64,000 bases of DNA from Anolis carolinensis (Eukaryota). Below, in pieces: positions 11,738 through 23,754 of this stretch. Position 1 is the first letter of the stretch; each line of letters starts with the position of its first letter. The notes below the pieces were generated by a model. It was not told the DNA's origin. It did no database searches and saw only the letters and a program-made list of their open reading frames with translations. The DNA lies in the NCBI RefSeq assembly GCF_035594765.1, contig NC_085846.1, positions 20,509,190 through 20,573,189 of the forward strand, given 5' to 3'. The position numbers were made by a program, and so were the translations under genes.

Positions 11738-12736
11738 ATGACAAATGCAAGTTCCATTGCAACTTTTCTTCTTCTGGGTTTTTCTGACACTCACGAACAA
11801 AATATTATGTACTTCTTCCTTCTTTTATTGATTTATTTGGTAGTCTTGATGGCAAATTTTCTAATAATGTCAGCTGTTTTCCTGGAACAAAAGCTTCATA
11901 CTCCCATGTACTTTTTCTTGGTTAATTTATCTGTTGTGGACCTTGGTTCTATTTCTGTCACCATTCCCAAAGCAATGATTAATTCTTTCTTGCACACTAG
12001 AGATATTTCATATTCTGGCTGCGTTGTACAAGTATTTTCTTTGTTTTTTTTCTTGATATCTGATTTGTTCCTCCTCACAGGCATGGCATATGATAGATAT
12101 GTTGCCATCTGTGACCCACTGCACTACGAAACTGTGATGAACATAAAAGTTTGCATTCAACTGGCAGCCAGTGCATGGATAGCTGGTCTTCTTTATTCAG
12201 CTTTGCACACTAGTAGCACTTTTGCCATTACATTTTGTTCCAACATCATCAATCAGTTCTTTTGTGAAATCCCACAACTACTGAAAATTTCCTGCGATAA
12301 TATGTATCTCATTGAAGTTGGAGTCATTGTTTTTAGTATATTTATAGTTTTCCCTTGTTTTGGTTTTATAGTTGTTTCATATGTGCAGATTTTCAAGACT
12401 GTGCTACGAATCCCCACTACTCACGGACGAAGCAAGGCCTTCTCAACATGCCTGCCCCATCTTATTGTTGTTTCCTTGTTTATTGGTACTGGAAGCATTG
12501 CCTATCTGAAGCCTGTTTCAGGATCTTCTTCAGAGGTGGATGTGATTGTGACTGTATTATACTCTGTTGTGCCTCCTTTGATGAATCCAATTATTTACAC
12601 TATGAGGAACCGGGACATCAAAAAAGCACTTTGGAAAATGCTTGCATGTGGGATTTCTTCTGGGTATCAAGGAAGTTCTTTTATTTTTACTTTCATGTCT
12701 AGCCTTGTTAGGCCTATTTTTAAAATACATAGTTGA
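11738..12736 (+). CDS. Olfactory receptor (family 14/gamma-like), intact, 332 aa
   Basis: N-glycosylation sequon NAS, LHTPMYFFL, MAYDRYVAIC, FFCE, KAFSTC, PPLMNPIIY; splice acceptor TTTTTTTCCCCTCTACAG ending at 11710. Confidence 0.97.
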   Translation: MTNASSIATFLLLGFSDTHEQNIMYFFLLLLIYLVVLMANFLIMSAVFLEQKLHTPMYFFLVNLSVVDLGSISVTIPKAMINSFLHTRDISYSGCVVQVFSLFFFLISDLFLLTGMAYDRYVAICDPLHYETVMNIKVCIQLAASAWIAGLLYSALHTSSTFAITFCSNIINQFFCEIPQLLKISCDNMYLIEVGVIVFSIFIVFPCFGFIVVSYVQIFKTVLRIPTTHGRSKAFSTCLPHLIVVSLFIGTGSIAYLKPVSGSSSEVDVIVTVLYSVVPPLMNPIIYTMRNRDIKKALWKMLACGISSGYQGSSFIFTFMSSLVRPIFKIHS

Positions 12737-12957
12737 TTTTCAATACCTTATGTCATAGAACACACATACACACACAATACTGAAGAGAAGTTTGGACACC
12801 TTTTTAAAAATTTAAAGCAAACAAAAACAAATCTTACATGCTTTAAGTTCTAATTAAATATACTTGATATTGTATCAAATTGTGTTAAAATTGAATCCAG
12901 AATGTAATCTTTCTAAAGAAGGTCCCTTAAAGGATATGGAATTTCAAATCACAACTA

Positions 12958-13277
12958 CAGTAGAGTCTCACTTATCGAACACTCACTTATCCAACGTTCT
13001 GGATTATCCAATGCATTTTTGTAGTCAATGTTTTCAATACATCGTGATATTTTGGTGCTAAATTCGTAAAAACTCTAGTTACTACATATCATCACTGCGT
13101 ATTGAACAACCTTTTTTGTCAAATTTGTTGTATGACATGTTTTGGTGCTTAATTTGTAATATCGTAACCTAATTTGATGTTTAATAGGCTTTTCCTTAAT
13201 CCCTCCTTATTATCAAACATATTTGCTTATCCAACGTTCTGCCGGCCCGTTTATGTTGGATAAGTGAGACTCTACTG
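12958..13277. mobile_element. Tc1/mariner (Tigger-like) MITE
   Basis: TIR CAGTAGAGTCTCACTTATC, TA TSD on both sides; second copy at 60026-60331. Confidence 0.9.
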
Positions 13278-13310
13278 TAACTTCAATCCCATTTGTTTTA
13301 ATTTAACATA

Positions 13311-13470
13311 ATGGCACCAGATTTATCTGATTTTGGACACTAAGCAGGATCAACACTGGTTAGTACTTGAGTGAGAGACTGGCAAAGAATACCAGTGGCT
13401 GTCTGACATATTTCAGAGGAAGGACCTGGCAACACCACCTGAGTATTTATTTCCTATGAAAATCCTATGT
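13311..13470 (+). mobile_element. 5S rRNA-derived SINE (decayed 5S head plus non-5S tail)
   Basis: CTAAGCAGGATCAACACTGGTTAGTACTTGAGTGAGAGACTGGCAAAGAATACCAGTGGCTGT resembles the 5S A/IE/C box region; followed by a SINE-like tail rather than a Pol III terminator. Confidence 0.7.
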
Positions 13471-14049
13471 GTGGTTGCACACACTATCAGCAATATTAGC
13501 AATCTGAGGTTGGATCTACACCATTAATATTATCCAGTTTCAAGTGCAAATCACCTGCATTGAATTAGATTATATGTGTCTACACAGTTCAATGTATTTA
13601 ATCTGCATTCTGAAACTGGATTGTATGGCAGTGTAGATCTAGCCTTAATCCAGAAAGTAAGGGTTTGCTTCCACAAATATACTGAATCAAACTGTACCAA
13701 GGCGCTTTGAAGAGAGTAATATAATTGATCAATACTATTTTTCTGCACCAGAAATGAAGGCTTAGGGCTTCGATAGCTTCATATGACTGTTAGAAATCTA
13801 TAACCGTCCTTGTGACTATGACTGACCTAAAACATTGTATTGCTTATGATGAAAAATAAAATGGAAGTTTCTTCCCATTCCACATAGAACTGCCATCTGG
13901 ACTGGTTGTTGTATATTTCTTTAATACTGGTGATGGGGTAGTCTTTCCCACTGTTTTGCTAAGGCAGTAAGTTAGCTAGGTTGGAGTGAAGTTCAGACTG
14001 TATGGCATAAGTCACTCTTTGAACATTTTACTATTGCATTTCAGTTTAT

Positions 14050-14883
14050 GGGCTTGTTTACACTGACAGCAAAAAATGAAGAATCCTAGAAGCCACTACT
14101 TTTTTTCTTCTAGTGTTTTCCATGATGTCCAGGGACTTCTGATCCTTAACATGGGGTAAACCAGGTTGAACCAGTTTAGCCTCATGCTAAGTAAAACTGG
14201 GGAATGCTCCAGAATTTTGGAAAACCTCTGGAGCGGCCTCACACTTTGGTCAGAGTGTGCAGCAGACCAGCTCCAGTGTAATCAGGTCTACTGTCCATAT
14301 GGGCTGCCACTGCCCCTTTCCCTGTGTTCTTCAGGGAAAAAGGGTCTGGACTGAGAGCACTTCCAGATATGGTGAAAACCCAGGCCAAAGCAAGTTAAAA
14401 ATCCTGCTTTGGCCTGGGTTTTTGTCACCATGCTCACCCAAAAACCTGAAGTTTTCCCAGTTGGGTATCCCCATGCCATCCCAGTTAATGTCCAGGAGGA
14501 CATGGGGCCACCCAATCTCCTCTACAGAGGCCTCTTTTAATTTTAAGAGGTATTTGGGGGGGGGGGGGTTGGGGAAGAGGTGAGTACCTTCCTCATTTCT
14601 CCAGGCTCACAGGGCCTGAAGAACCGAGATGGGCTGTGGGGGGGGGGTGACCCCTGGGTAGCTGCAGGACTATCCAGTAGTCAGGTCCCACTGGGCCCAT
14701 ACCCCATTAGATCCGGGCCTTTGAGGAAGGCCCTGGTCTAATGGGGTATCTGATTAATTTGTGACAAAGCATGATTTTCCTGCTTTGTCCCTAATTAATC
14801 CTCTCTTGCTGGAGACTTTGTTTGGACACCTCTGGTAAACGTCTGACAGGGCTTGCATTTTAGCCCCTGTCTGGAGGGCCCTG
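14050..14883. mobile_element. Probable PIF/Harbinger-like non-autonomous element(s); boundaries approximate
   Basis: End CTGTCTGGAGGGCCCT is nearly complementary to AGGGCCCATCCAGACAG at ~46684; internal hairpin shared with 36662 and 46794. Confidence 0.45.
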
Positions 14884-14995
14884 TTTATGGACTGCTGCAG
14901 AGCTCAGTGAGAGCTCCTAGCTGATGTGAGTGCCTTATTGATATCAGCAAATGTGTCTACCCATTGGATCCTACTAGACTCCAAAAATTGACATA

Positions 14996-15314
14996 CCGTA
15001 TATACTCGAAGATAAGCCAAGTTTTTTAAATCTCTTTTTTGGGGCTGAAAAAGCCTCCCCCGGCATATAATCGGGTCAAGGTCAAGCCAGCAGCAGAGCC
15101 TGGAGGACACAGTATGTTTTCTTTTCCAAAACCTCCCTTCTCCGCTTTTCCTCCCAGGCGGAAGTTATCTTATTTTTTAAGAGAGAGAGGGACAAGGAGG
15201 GAATGTTTTTAAAAGTGAAAGGAGAGTGAGTGACAGAACCTCTTGCAAGCTAGGAAGAAGAAAAAGATTGCATGGTGGAAGGGGAAGAAAAAGAGACTCT
15301 TGCAAATTTACAGG

Positions 15315-15362
<48 letters not shown>

Positions 15363-15860
15363 TGCAAGAACGTTTGAGTCAAAAGGGAGGGAAAGGAGAG
15401 CAACAGAAGGTGTGTATTTCTTTTTAGTCCTAAGGAAACAAAAATGGAGTGGGTTTTTTTGGGAGAGGGAGGGAAGTTTTAAAAAGCCTTTTCTGGCTAT
15501 TTTTAGAGTTTGAAAAGGGAGAAATAAAAGAGGTGGGAAAGGGGAGGAGAAAAGAGGCCAAAGTTGTTTTTAGGAGGGCTTTGCTTGCATTTCTTCCTTG
15601 GGCAAATACATGCCCCAAAGCTTGTACATAATATATAGATTTCCCCCTACAAATACATTAATTTAATATAAGAATTTTCCCCTCACATGTTTGCAAGTCT
15701 CTGCAAGTCCTATAAAGATATAATTCTCTATATAGAGCAATGTCTAGATAGATAGATATTAATATAGATATAAGCCTTTTAAATATGCACACACAGATGT
15801 CTAGATTGATGTAAACATAGACAAATGGGACTTGCAAATATTGCAGGAGGGAAATGCTTT
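14996..15860 (-). mobile_element. Truncated copy of the pogo/Tc2-like non-autonomous transposon at 23755-25191
   Basis: TA + TIR CCGTATATACTCGAAGATAAGCC; collinear reverse complement of roughly 24250-25191. Confidence 0.85.
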
Positions 15861-18181
15861 GTTTGTCCTCATATCTGATTGGCTCCGGTCATGGTGGAAA
15901 ATTTAAACGGTCGGTGTATTTGAAGATTTATGTCTGTTTGTTTATTTGCCCGGGAGTGGAAAAGAATGCATTGAGGCAAGAAATAGTAGGTTGAAATGAG
16001 TCTTTATATCTATGCCTCAGTCAGTACAATGGTACCAGTCAGGTTGACAAAGAGATGGTCAGGGTGTTGGTGAATTCTATGGAGACCTCGGAGAGGGGGG
16101 TCTTATTCAGCAATTCATAAAGAATCCCTGTGGCTTTTCCTAAAGCCCATGATGTATTCTGCGTGTCTTCTCAGGGCCTTGTGAAGGGATTATACTAGCT
16201 GTTGTGTGGTCATACCCTGAGGTCCTGGGTGTGTGTGGTGTAAGCAATATTCTAGGGAAGTTCAATGAAGGGTGACTTGAAAAGGTCAACACAGGCTCCC
16301 TATTAGTCCCTATGGAACCATGGACTCCGGAATTCATCCTTGGGTTTGGTTTCTTATAACAACTGTATGCCCTTTAGGCATATTATGAAGACTGCACTGG
16401 AGACAGACATTAGGGATATGAGGAAAGAAAGCAGAACTTTCTTGCCTGGGACATTTGGGCAGTTGTCATTCAAAAAAATGAACATTTCCAAGTTCTGTAC
16501 ACACACTCCTTTATATGAATCTAGTTGTGTAAGTAACATAATGAATAATGCTTCAGACAACTCTATTTTGTATGATCTTCTCAGAACTTTATCTCAGTTC
16601 CTGACATTGGTGAATATTTACCATCTCCACATGTCTACCCAGAACATGTGTATTTTGCCTTACAATGATAACACACAAATATCAGTTAAAGGTGGAAACA
16701 GAAGTAGTTCATGAATGATTGTGGCAAAATGAAGGATGTTTGTATCTGTGTTACATGTTTAAAAAAATTTTCAAAAAATAAATCATAGATGTCATCATTA
16801 ATTTAAAGTTCAGCATTCTTTGCTGTACTAATACAAAGACGATTCTCAGAGGAACAATTAAGTTGAGTTTATACATGAATTCACAAAGGCCAGGAAACCT
16901 GTGTTGATAATTAAATCTCATTACATTGATTGGCAGGGATGATAGTCCCAGGAATATTAATCTATTTCTGTTTCTCTTCAGAGAAATAAAGTGTTGCATA
17001 GATAGAAATATCTCTTTTAAAATAAATGTAATGGTTAAAACTAATATTTGAGATCTGGAATCCTCTGTAGATAAAAAGTTCAATTTTGGGTCAAGTCTAC
17101 TCTACTGTGCTCATCTTATTCCAACCCTGAAAGTCTTCTCCAAGATTCATATTAGATGAAGTGGCAAAAGAATAATTTTACTGACTTTTTCCCTAGGGGA
17201 CCAATTAAAACTGCTTATTACCTACCATTAATTCACTGTGTTTTATTGTTCACACACTCTTTGAATTGTTGCTAAAGCCAATTTTTAAAATTTTAATTTT
17301 GTAAGGATAAACAAGAAGGAAAGAAACTATTTTCCCCCAAACACAAGAATAAGCCATAACCTTTCCATAAACTTAAACATGTTGATGATATCAGAAAGCA
17401 ATTCCTTCAACACTTAAAATTATGTCATACTGTTCATGATTTATATTTCTTTGGCATACATTGCAATCTGATCCATGTAGAAAAGGAGCAGAAGAATAAA
17501 CAATGGCAGCACCATAAAAACAAACATTAAGGCGAGGCCGCAAAGGGGCAAAGCACATTTCAGAATGGATAGGTTTTGACCTTCATGCTAAATTACTGAA
17601 AAAGAAGTAGCAGAATCACTATCAATGGCACATACATGTTTGCTGATCAACCCAATGAATAACAAAACAAGACACAAATAGGATAAAATAAGGACAATTT
17701 AATTGACATGGAACAACTTGGTGCAGGAATTGTTGGAGTGGTGGGTTTCATCTAGGTGTGGGCGTTCCCACTCTCTGTTGTCACCAACTGACTGCTGTGT
17801 ACATTCTGGTTTTAATTTTTTTAAATATGTATGCCAGAATATATATTTATATACAGTATATGAGGCCCCTAGAACCATAAGACATGCAAAAAGATCATAG
17901 TTAATAACTTAAATTGTCCCCCTTAAAAATCAAATCCCCCCCAAGTATGGCCTGTGCCCCACATTGGGAACCAGAGGCTTAGAGAAAGAACAGAAAACAT
18001 TCTGTTTTTTTTTAAAATGCAATTTTAATTGACCAAAAGCAGACCAACAAACCTTTTTTGTGTCAGGAGTGACTTGAGAAATTGCAACCAACAAACCTCT
18101 GCACAACTAAATGTATAAAACATTAGATAAATTACAGAGTCACAGAACTGTTCCCCCCCCCCCAAAAAAAAACCCACACAT

Positions 18182-18562
18182 ACAGTGGCACATGCTTTAG
18201 TTACATCCCACCTGGATTTCTGTAACACGCTTTACATGGGGCTGACTTTAAAGAGGGCTCGGAAACTTCAGCTGGTCCAAAGAGCTGCAGCTAGATTTCT
18301 AATTGGGGCTGGCTAGAGGGAGTGGGCAACCCCTGTTGCAGCAGCTCCGCTGGCTGCCAGGCTGTTTCCAGGATTATGACCTTTAAAGCCCTAGATGGTT
18401 CAGGTCCAGACTATTTGTCTGACAGTGTCTCCTTGTATGAACCTGCCCAGGCCTTGAGATCTTCAGGAAAGGCCCTTCTCTTGGTCCCACTTCTATCTCA
18501 TAAAACCATCGTCATACAATTTTAAATTTTGAATCCCGTTTGGGGAGATAAAGCAGGATATA
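18182..18562 (+). mobile_element. L2 LINE 3' fragment
   Basis: Translates to HALVTSHLDFCNTLYMGL..KLQLVQRAAARF, a typical L2 ORF2 C-terminus. Confidence 0.75.
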
Positions 18563-18608
<46 letters not shown>

Positions 18609-18837
18609 GGCACACTGGGTGCTGTGCCAAAAGATCTCAGCAGACATTTGAAATCAATAAACATTGACAAAATTGCGATCTGTCAACTGCAAAAGACCAC
18701 CTTACTGGAAACTGCACGCATCATTCGAAAATACATCACACAGTCCTAAACACTTGGGAAGTGTTCGACTTGTGATTTTGTGATATGAAATCCAGCATAT
18801 ATATCTCATTTGCTGTGTTGTACTATGTCTTTGTGTC
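18609..18837 (+). mobile_element. R4/Dong-clade non-LTR retrotransposon, 5'-truncated
   Basis: GTLGAVPKDLSRHL..ICQLQK..L end of a restriction-like endonuclease region; flanked by (TAA)n and (CAA)n. Confidence 0.75.
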
Positions 18838-19082
18838 AACAACAACAACAACAACAACAACACAACAGGTAGTTTAGCAAATGTCTCCCTAAATCTATTT
18901 AACAATAAAGTTATAAAATTTGGGTTGGGAAGATAATAATCAGCTTGAGCCCTTTGGCACTTAATAGTGTGGTGCCATGAATGAGATTTTCTCAAAGATG
19001 CTGTGATTGATATGCTTCCTCTTATGCTTAAACCACTTCATCCCCAATGAACTATCTGTTTAATTTATTATTATTATTTTAT

Positions 19083-19397
19083 TGTATGACACAGCAAACA
19101 AGATAGACATGCTGGATTTCGTATCACAAAATCACAAGTGTCTAGGACTGTGTGATGTATTTTCGGATGATGCGTGCAGATCACTGAAGGGTGGTCTTTT
19201 GCAGTTGGCAGATCGTAATTTTGTCAATGTCTATTGTTTCCAAATGCCGGCTGAGATCTTTTGGCACGGCACCCAGTGTGCCCATCACCACCAGGACCAC
19301 CTGCACTGGTTTCTGCCATAGTCTTTGAAGTTCAATCTTGAAGTCCTGATAGCGGCTGAGTTTTTCCTGTTGTTTTTTGTCAATGCGACTGTCACCT
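19083..19397 (-). mobile_element. R4/Dong-clade non-LTR retrotransposon, 5'-truncated
   Basis: ORF 19181-19558 contains EKLSRYQDFKIELQRLWQKPVQVVLVVMGTLGAVPK; flanked by (TTA)n on both sides. Confidence 0.75.
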
Positions 19398-19697
19398 TTA
19401 TTATTACTATTATTATAAGACCTATTATACTCACTCAATTTTGGAAGGGGAAAGGGTATTAGAAATGTGAGAGACAGCATTGATTTCAAGGACAAGATGG
19501 AACAAAAACAAGCAACAGTGAGCAAATTCATTATTGAAAAATCATTAAAATTAGACATTAATACAGCTATATAGCATTTGAAATAACAAAATGGAAAGGA
19601 TTAATTTTTTTAGGGATTCTTTCATTTTTTCTAAAACCTAAACACTGTTGGTCTTCCCTGAATTTAACAAAGTTATCAGTTCAGAAACTTATTTGAA

Positions 19698-19910
19698 TAC
19701 ACTTTGCTGAGTTATGATTGCCACCCCTGGGAGCAATGTTCCAGAAGCACAGAAGACAAATTAATACATCTCTTCAATTGAAGACATTTTTCAGAATAAA
19801 TCCAAGTGACATGGATGTCTTTACTGACACGCAGCTAGCTTGCTGTTAGAGAAGGAAAGTACTGTAGATCTGAAATCAAAAGCAATATGTGAAGAAAAGT
19901 TGTAAGTGAT
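19698..19910 (+). promoter_or_regulatory. Putative OR promoter/first non-coding exon (for the OR at 22247)
   Basis: O/E-like CCCCTGGGAG 19724-19733 followed by TCCAGAAGC; homologous to modules at 38.1k, 48.3k and 62.5k; candidate donor GTAAGT near 19902. Confidence 0.6.
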
Positions 19911-20149
19911 TTAGAAGTTTCCTGATGATTTTGGGATTTTCTCAAATGTTTTCACAGGCTTTCCTTCGCTTCCATATTTTCCTTTCTTCATATTTTCTCT
20001 TCTGTTCACTTTAAGTAAGAGTTGTCAGAGATAGAAAGTTGTGGTGTTCCTTTCTGCTACCCTAGAAGGTAAAACAGATCACTGATTCAAATTACAAGTC
20101 CGTGGACTTTGATTCAACATTCAAAGAAATGTTTTGATAGTAACAGCGG

Positions 20150-20322
20150 TTCAACAGTGGCACTAATTATGTAGAGAGGGGGTGAGGTCTACTTCTCTTG
20201 ACATCTTCACAAAGAGATTAGGTAGCTACCTGCTGGGGAAGTTCTAGCTGGATTCATTGCATTGAGTGGGGTTTGGAATTGAAAGTCTATTGGAGACCTT
20301 TTAAGTATGATTCTATGATTCT
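20150..20322 (+). mobile_element. CR1 3' end fragment
   Basis: Decayed ORF2 end and (ATTCTATG)n tail. Confidence 0.6.
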
Positions 20323-22246
20323 GTATTTTTGCCTTTACTTATGATTCCCTCTGCATCTATGAATCAATCTAGTTTAGTCACCATCTAGCTGGGGTGCTCA
20401 TATAGTTTTAAAGATTTCCTACATGCAAACAAATAATTCATAAAAATTCATATAAACTGTTGCCTAATTTCCAGACAGTAAGTTCTGAGACATGCATTAG
20501 ATGTGTAAGTTGGGCAAGTTTATTGCCTTACTTGAGTGGAAATTTGAAGTTAATGTAAAAATTACTTCTCTACTAGAAAGAGTTTAGGAAAGCAAGAATG
20601 AATTGACAGAAGACATTTCAGAGACTGGCATATAATTAGGGTTAAAGAAGCAAATGAAGAGCAGTTGAAATGGGAGTGTATGTCACATTTGGAGGTGTTT
20701 TAAACCCATTTTCTGCCAAGATGAGTGCAATATTTCCAGAATATGTAGTTCTGAGTTTCTAAATATTAGGTGTGTGATAATTGCAAATAGTAGTTTCACC
20801 ACTTTAAAAAAAACTTTTCTTTTTATTCTTCATGTTCTTTTAGTTCATATTGCCATTACATATGGTGTTTTCAAAAGGATCTCACCATCTAGCATAGATT
20901 TTCCTTTGCTTCTGTCCCTTCACATTTTTCTCTTACATTGATGCCATTTGTTTCAATAAGCTTACCAGAAGACTGAATAGTCTAAGTTTATTTCACCTCT
21001 GTTAGAATAGTACAATATTTGTTTGTTTAAAAATGGGAACCATAAGAAGAATTAAGATAATATCATATGTATGTATTCATTATAAAATTGTTTGAGTAAG
21101 ACCCACCTTGTTGGGTAAGACCAATTTATCTCAGTGGGGCATACTTCTAATAGGATATGTTTTAGGACAGTATTGTTCAAGTGAGAATTGAAGTTTCCAT
21201 GCTGGTTGCCTCTCTGCTATAACATCTGAAGAATATTAGAAAAGCAAACAAAAATGTATTGATGAGAGCATTTTTAGAGATGGCAGACCAAGAAAAAAAT
21301 GTGGAAATTTCAGATTAATATACAGTGAGTGTTAGACCACTTTTAGGGTATTATTTCTAACTCTGGACACATATTGCTCCCAATTAAGGATGATAAGTTT
21401 TATGATCAGTCACAAATTATTACCTCCAAGATAATTACATCTTATAATATAAAAAGAATGTAAAAGTAGGGATATTTAGGGAAAAGTAGGGAACTTCAAG
21501 AATGCTGGCTAATGTTAGTTTTTTTTCCACCGAAAAATGTCAATTACCGGTAAGGGAAGAATTTGAAATGGGAATTCATTCATTCCTTCGTTCATTCATT
21601 CATTTTTGACAGCAGGTTAATAAGTTAACCTTGAGCCAAAACTTGTGTTAAATACCAATTTCTGCTAAAAATTAATATGGCAACTTTTGCCTCTCCACTT
21701 CTTTTATGCTCATTTTAAAAGCTGCCACCTTGTGGGTGGGATTTGGTGGAAATTGTGTGTTTTAAAAAGCATTTTAATTGTATTTATTATATTTTAATTG
21801 CATTTTAACATAAACCATGCAGTACTATTTAATTGGGTTTTTTAAATTTTGCATTTGCTTTGTTTTAAATCGAGATCAAAGTGTGTGGTTGTTATTCGTC
21901 TTCAGTCTCCACGAGGAGAAAGGCAGGATATACATAAAGTAAATAAATAAAATAAAAATAGTTTTCTTTACATAGGCAGCAGAAGAACTGAGAAGAAAAC
22001 CAAACTCTCAATGTTTTGTTTTCTAGTATTCTCAGAGATTTGAGAACTATGACCTCTACACTTGTTTGTGCCCTTGTCTTTTACCCTACAATAGTTGCAA
22101 GAAACCTTCCTAACATTTGTACAGGACCTTGTTGTCCCACTCCAACATGTACACCCCTATGTACTTTTTTCCTGTATTGGATTTTGGATTTATCTCTGGA
22201 GGCATGCCTAACTATTGTCTTCCTTGTGTTTGAACAGGCAGCCACT

Positions 22247-23254
22247 ATGTCTCTTAAGGAGCAACAATTAATGAATCAATCTTCTCTGTCAGAATTTCTT
22301 CTCCTGGAATTCTCAAATGTTCGGGAGTTCCAGATACTACATTTCATTGCATTCTTCATTTTCTACCTGGTAGCAGCTGCAGGAAATCTTCTCATCATTG
22401 CTGCAGTAGCATCTGACCACCATCTGCATAACCCTATGTACCTCTTTCTGATGAATTTGGCCATACAAGATGTGGGGCAGATTTCAGTCATTATTCCCAT
22501 ATCCATGGCTAATTCCCTTATGAATGACCGGCACATTTCTTATTCTGGATGTGTTGCTCAAGTCCTTTTCTATATCTTATTTTTATCATCTGATTTCTTT
22601 CTTCTAACAATTATGGCATATGATCGATATGTTGCCATTTGCAATCCATTGCAATATGAGATGGTGATGAACAGGCATGCCTGCTTTCAGATGGTAACTG
22701 CTGTGTGGATTAGCAGTTTATGCTATGGGATTTTACACACTGGAGGCACTTTCACACCCCGCTTTTGCTCCAATGTTATCAATCAGTTTTTCTGTGAAAT
22801 CCCACAGTTACTTAAGCTGACCTGCTCTGATGTATACCTTTTTGAAATTGGAGTGGTTTTATTAGGAGTATTTGTTGGGGTAGGATGCTTTGTTTTTATT
22901 GTAGTGACCTATGTGCACATCTTCACTGCAGTGCTGAGAATCCCTGTTATCCAGAGAAGGAGAAAAGTTTTCTCAACTTGCATTCCCCATCTCCTTGTTT
23001 TTTCCATATTTATATTCACTGGTGGTTTCTCTTACGTTAGAGCCACCTCTGGTTCCTCATCATCTTTTGACTTGGTCCTGTCCATGATCTATTCTATGGT
23101 TCCACCATTAATGAATCCAGTAGTCTATGCAATGAGGAACAAAGATATTAAAAATGCTCTATCTAAGTTATTATCACTTAGGTACTTTACTAGAAAGTTC
23201 TTCTCCAATCTCATTCACCAGAGTAGTGTAGATAATTTAAATAACTGTAGTTGA
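22247..23254 (+). CDS. Olfactory receptor (family 14-like), intact; alternative start at 22271
   Basis: NQS sequon, LHNPMY, MAYDRYVAIC, KVFSTC, PPLMNPVVY; acceptor AG ends at 22237, so the longer ORF-track start is intronic. Confidence 0.96.
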   Translation: MSLKEQQLMNQSSLSEFLLLEFSNVREFQILHFIAFFIFYLVAAAGNLLIIAAVASDHHLHNPMYLFLMNLAIQDVGQISVIIPISMANSLMNDRHISYSGCVAQVLFYILFLSSDFFLLTIMAYDRYVAICNPLQYEMVMNRHACFQMVTAVWISSLCYGILHTGGTFTPRFCSNVINQFFCEIPQLLKLTCSDVYLFEIGVVLLGVFVGVGCFVFIVVTYVHIFTAVLRIPVIQRRRKVFSTCIPHLLVFSIFIFTGGFSYVRATSGSSSSFDLVLSMIYSMVPPLMNPVVYAMRNKDIKNALSKLLSLRYFTRKFFSNLIHQSSVDNLNNCS

Positions 23255-23754
23255 TGGTGCAATGGTGAGGAAGCTTTCTTTTGTAGACTAGATACTGTAA
23301 AAATTGTTTCCATTGCGTTATGTGTATGCATTCAGAAGCAACAAAGGAACACATTTTTGTTATTTTACAAGTTTAATACATATTTTGATATTGCAGCTCT
23401 TTCTTCCAGTGGGTTTTTCTTTCATCCAAATGTCTTTTCTTTCACCAAAAGTAAACCTGAGATTATTAAATGAATATTGTTGGACAATTTTTAGCAAAGC
23501 ATTAACGTCCCCTCGTTCCCAGTGCTAGAGATCATAAACACCCCTTCACACTTTCTACATTAGAGGTGGAATCATGTAATACTCCAAATGTTGCAGGATT
23601 TAGATTTCAGCATTCACCATCTTTGGCTATGTTGGCTAGGGCTGTTGAGTGTTACAGTTCTCCAGCTATTGGATGGCTCCTGGTTTCTTACCCTAACTCT
23701 TTTGGGCTTTCAGGGAAGAAGATGTTTCAAAGCATCTGTCGTAAAGTCAAGATA

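Noticed and set aside
13311-13404. Functional 5S rRNA gene
   Set aside because: Many substitutions, missing 5' end, and a SINE tail instead of a terminator.
16340-17160. ORFs 16340-16714 and 16751-17083, with a faint L1 endonuclease-like hint near 17115
   Set aside because: No convincing motifs; too degraded to call by eye.
22016-22246. Long N-terminal extensions of OR ORFs in the track (also 29997-30236, 41462-41536, 50156-50209)
   Set aside because: They run upstream across clear splice acceptors (and a TG microsatellite), so they are mostly intronic read-through.
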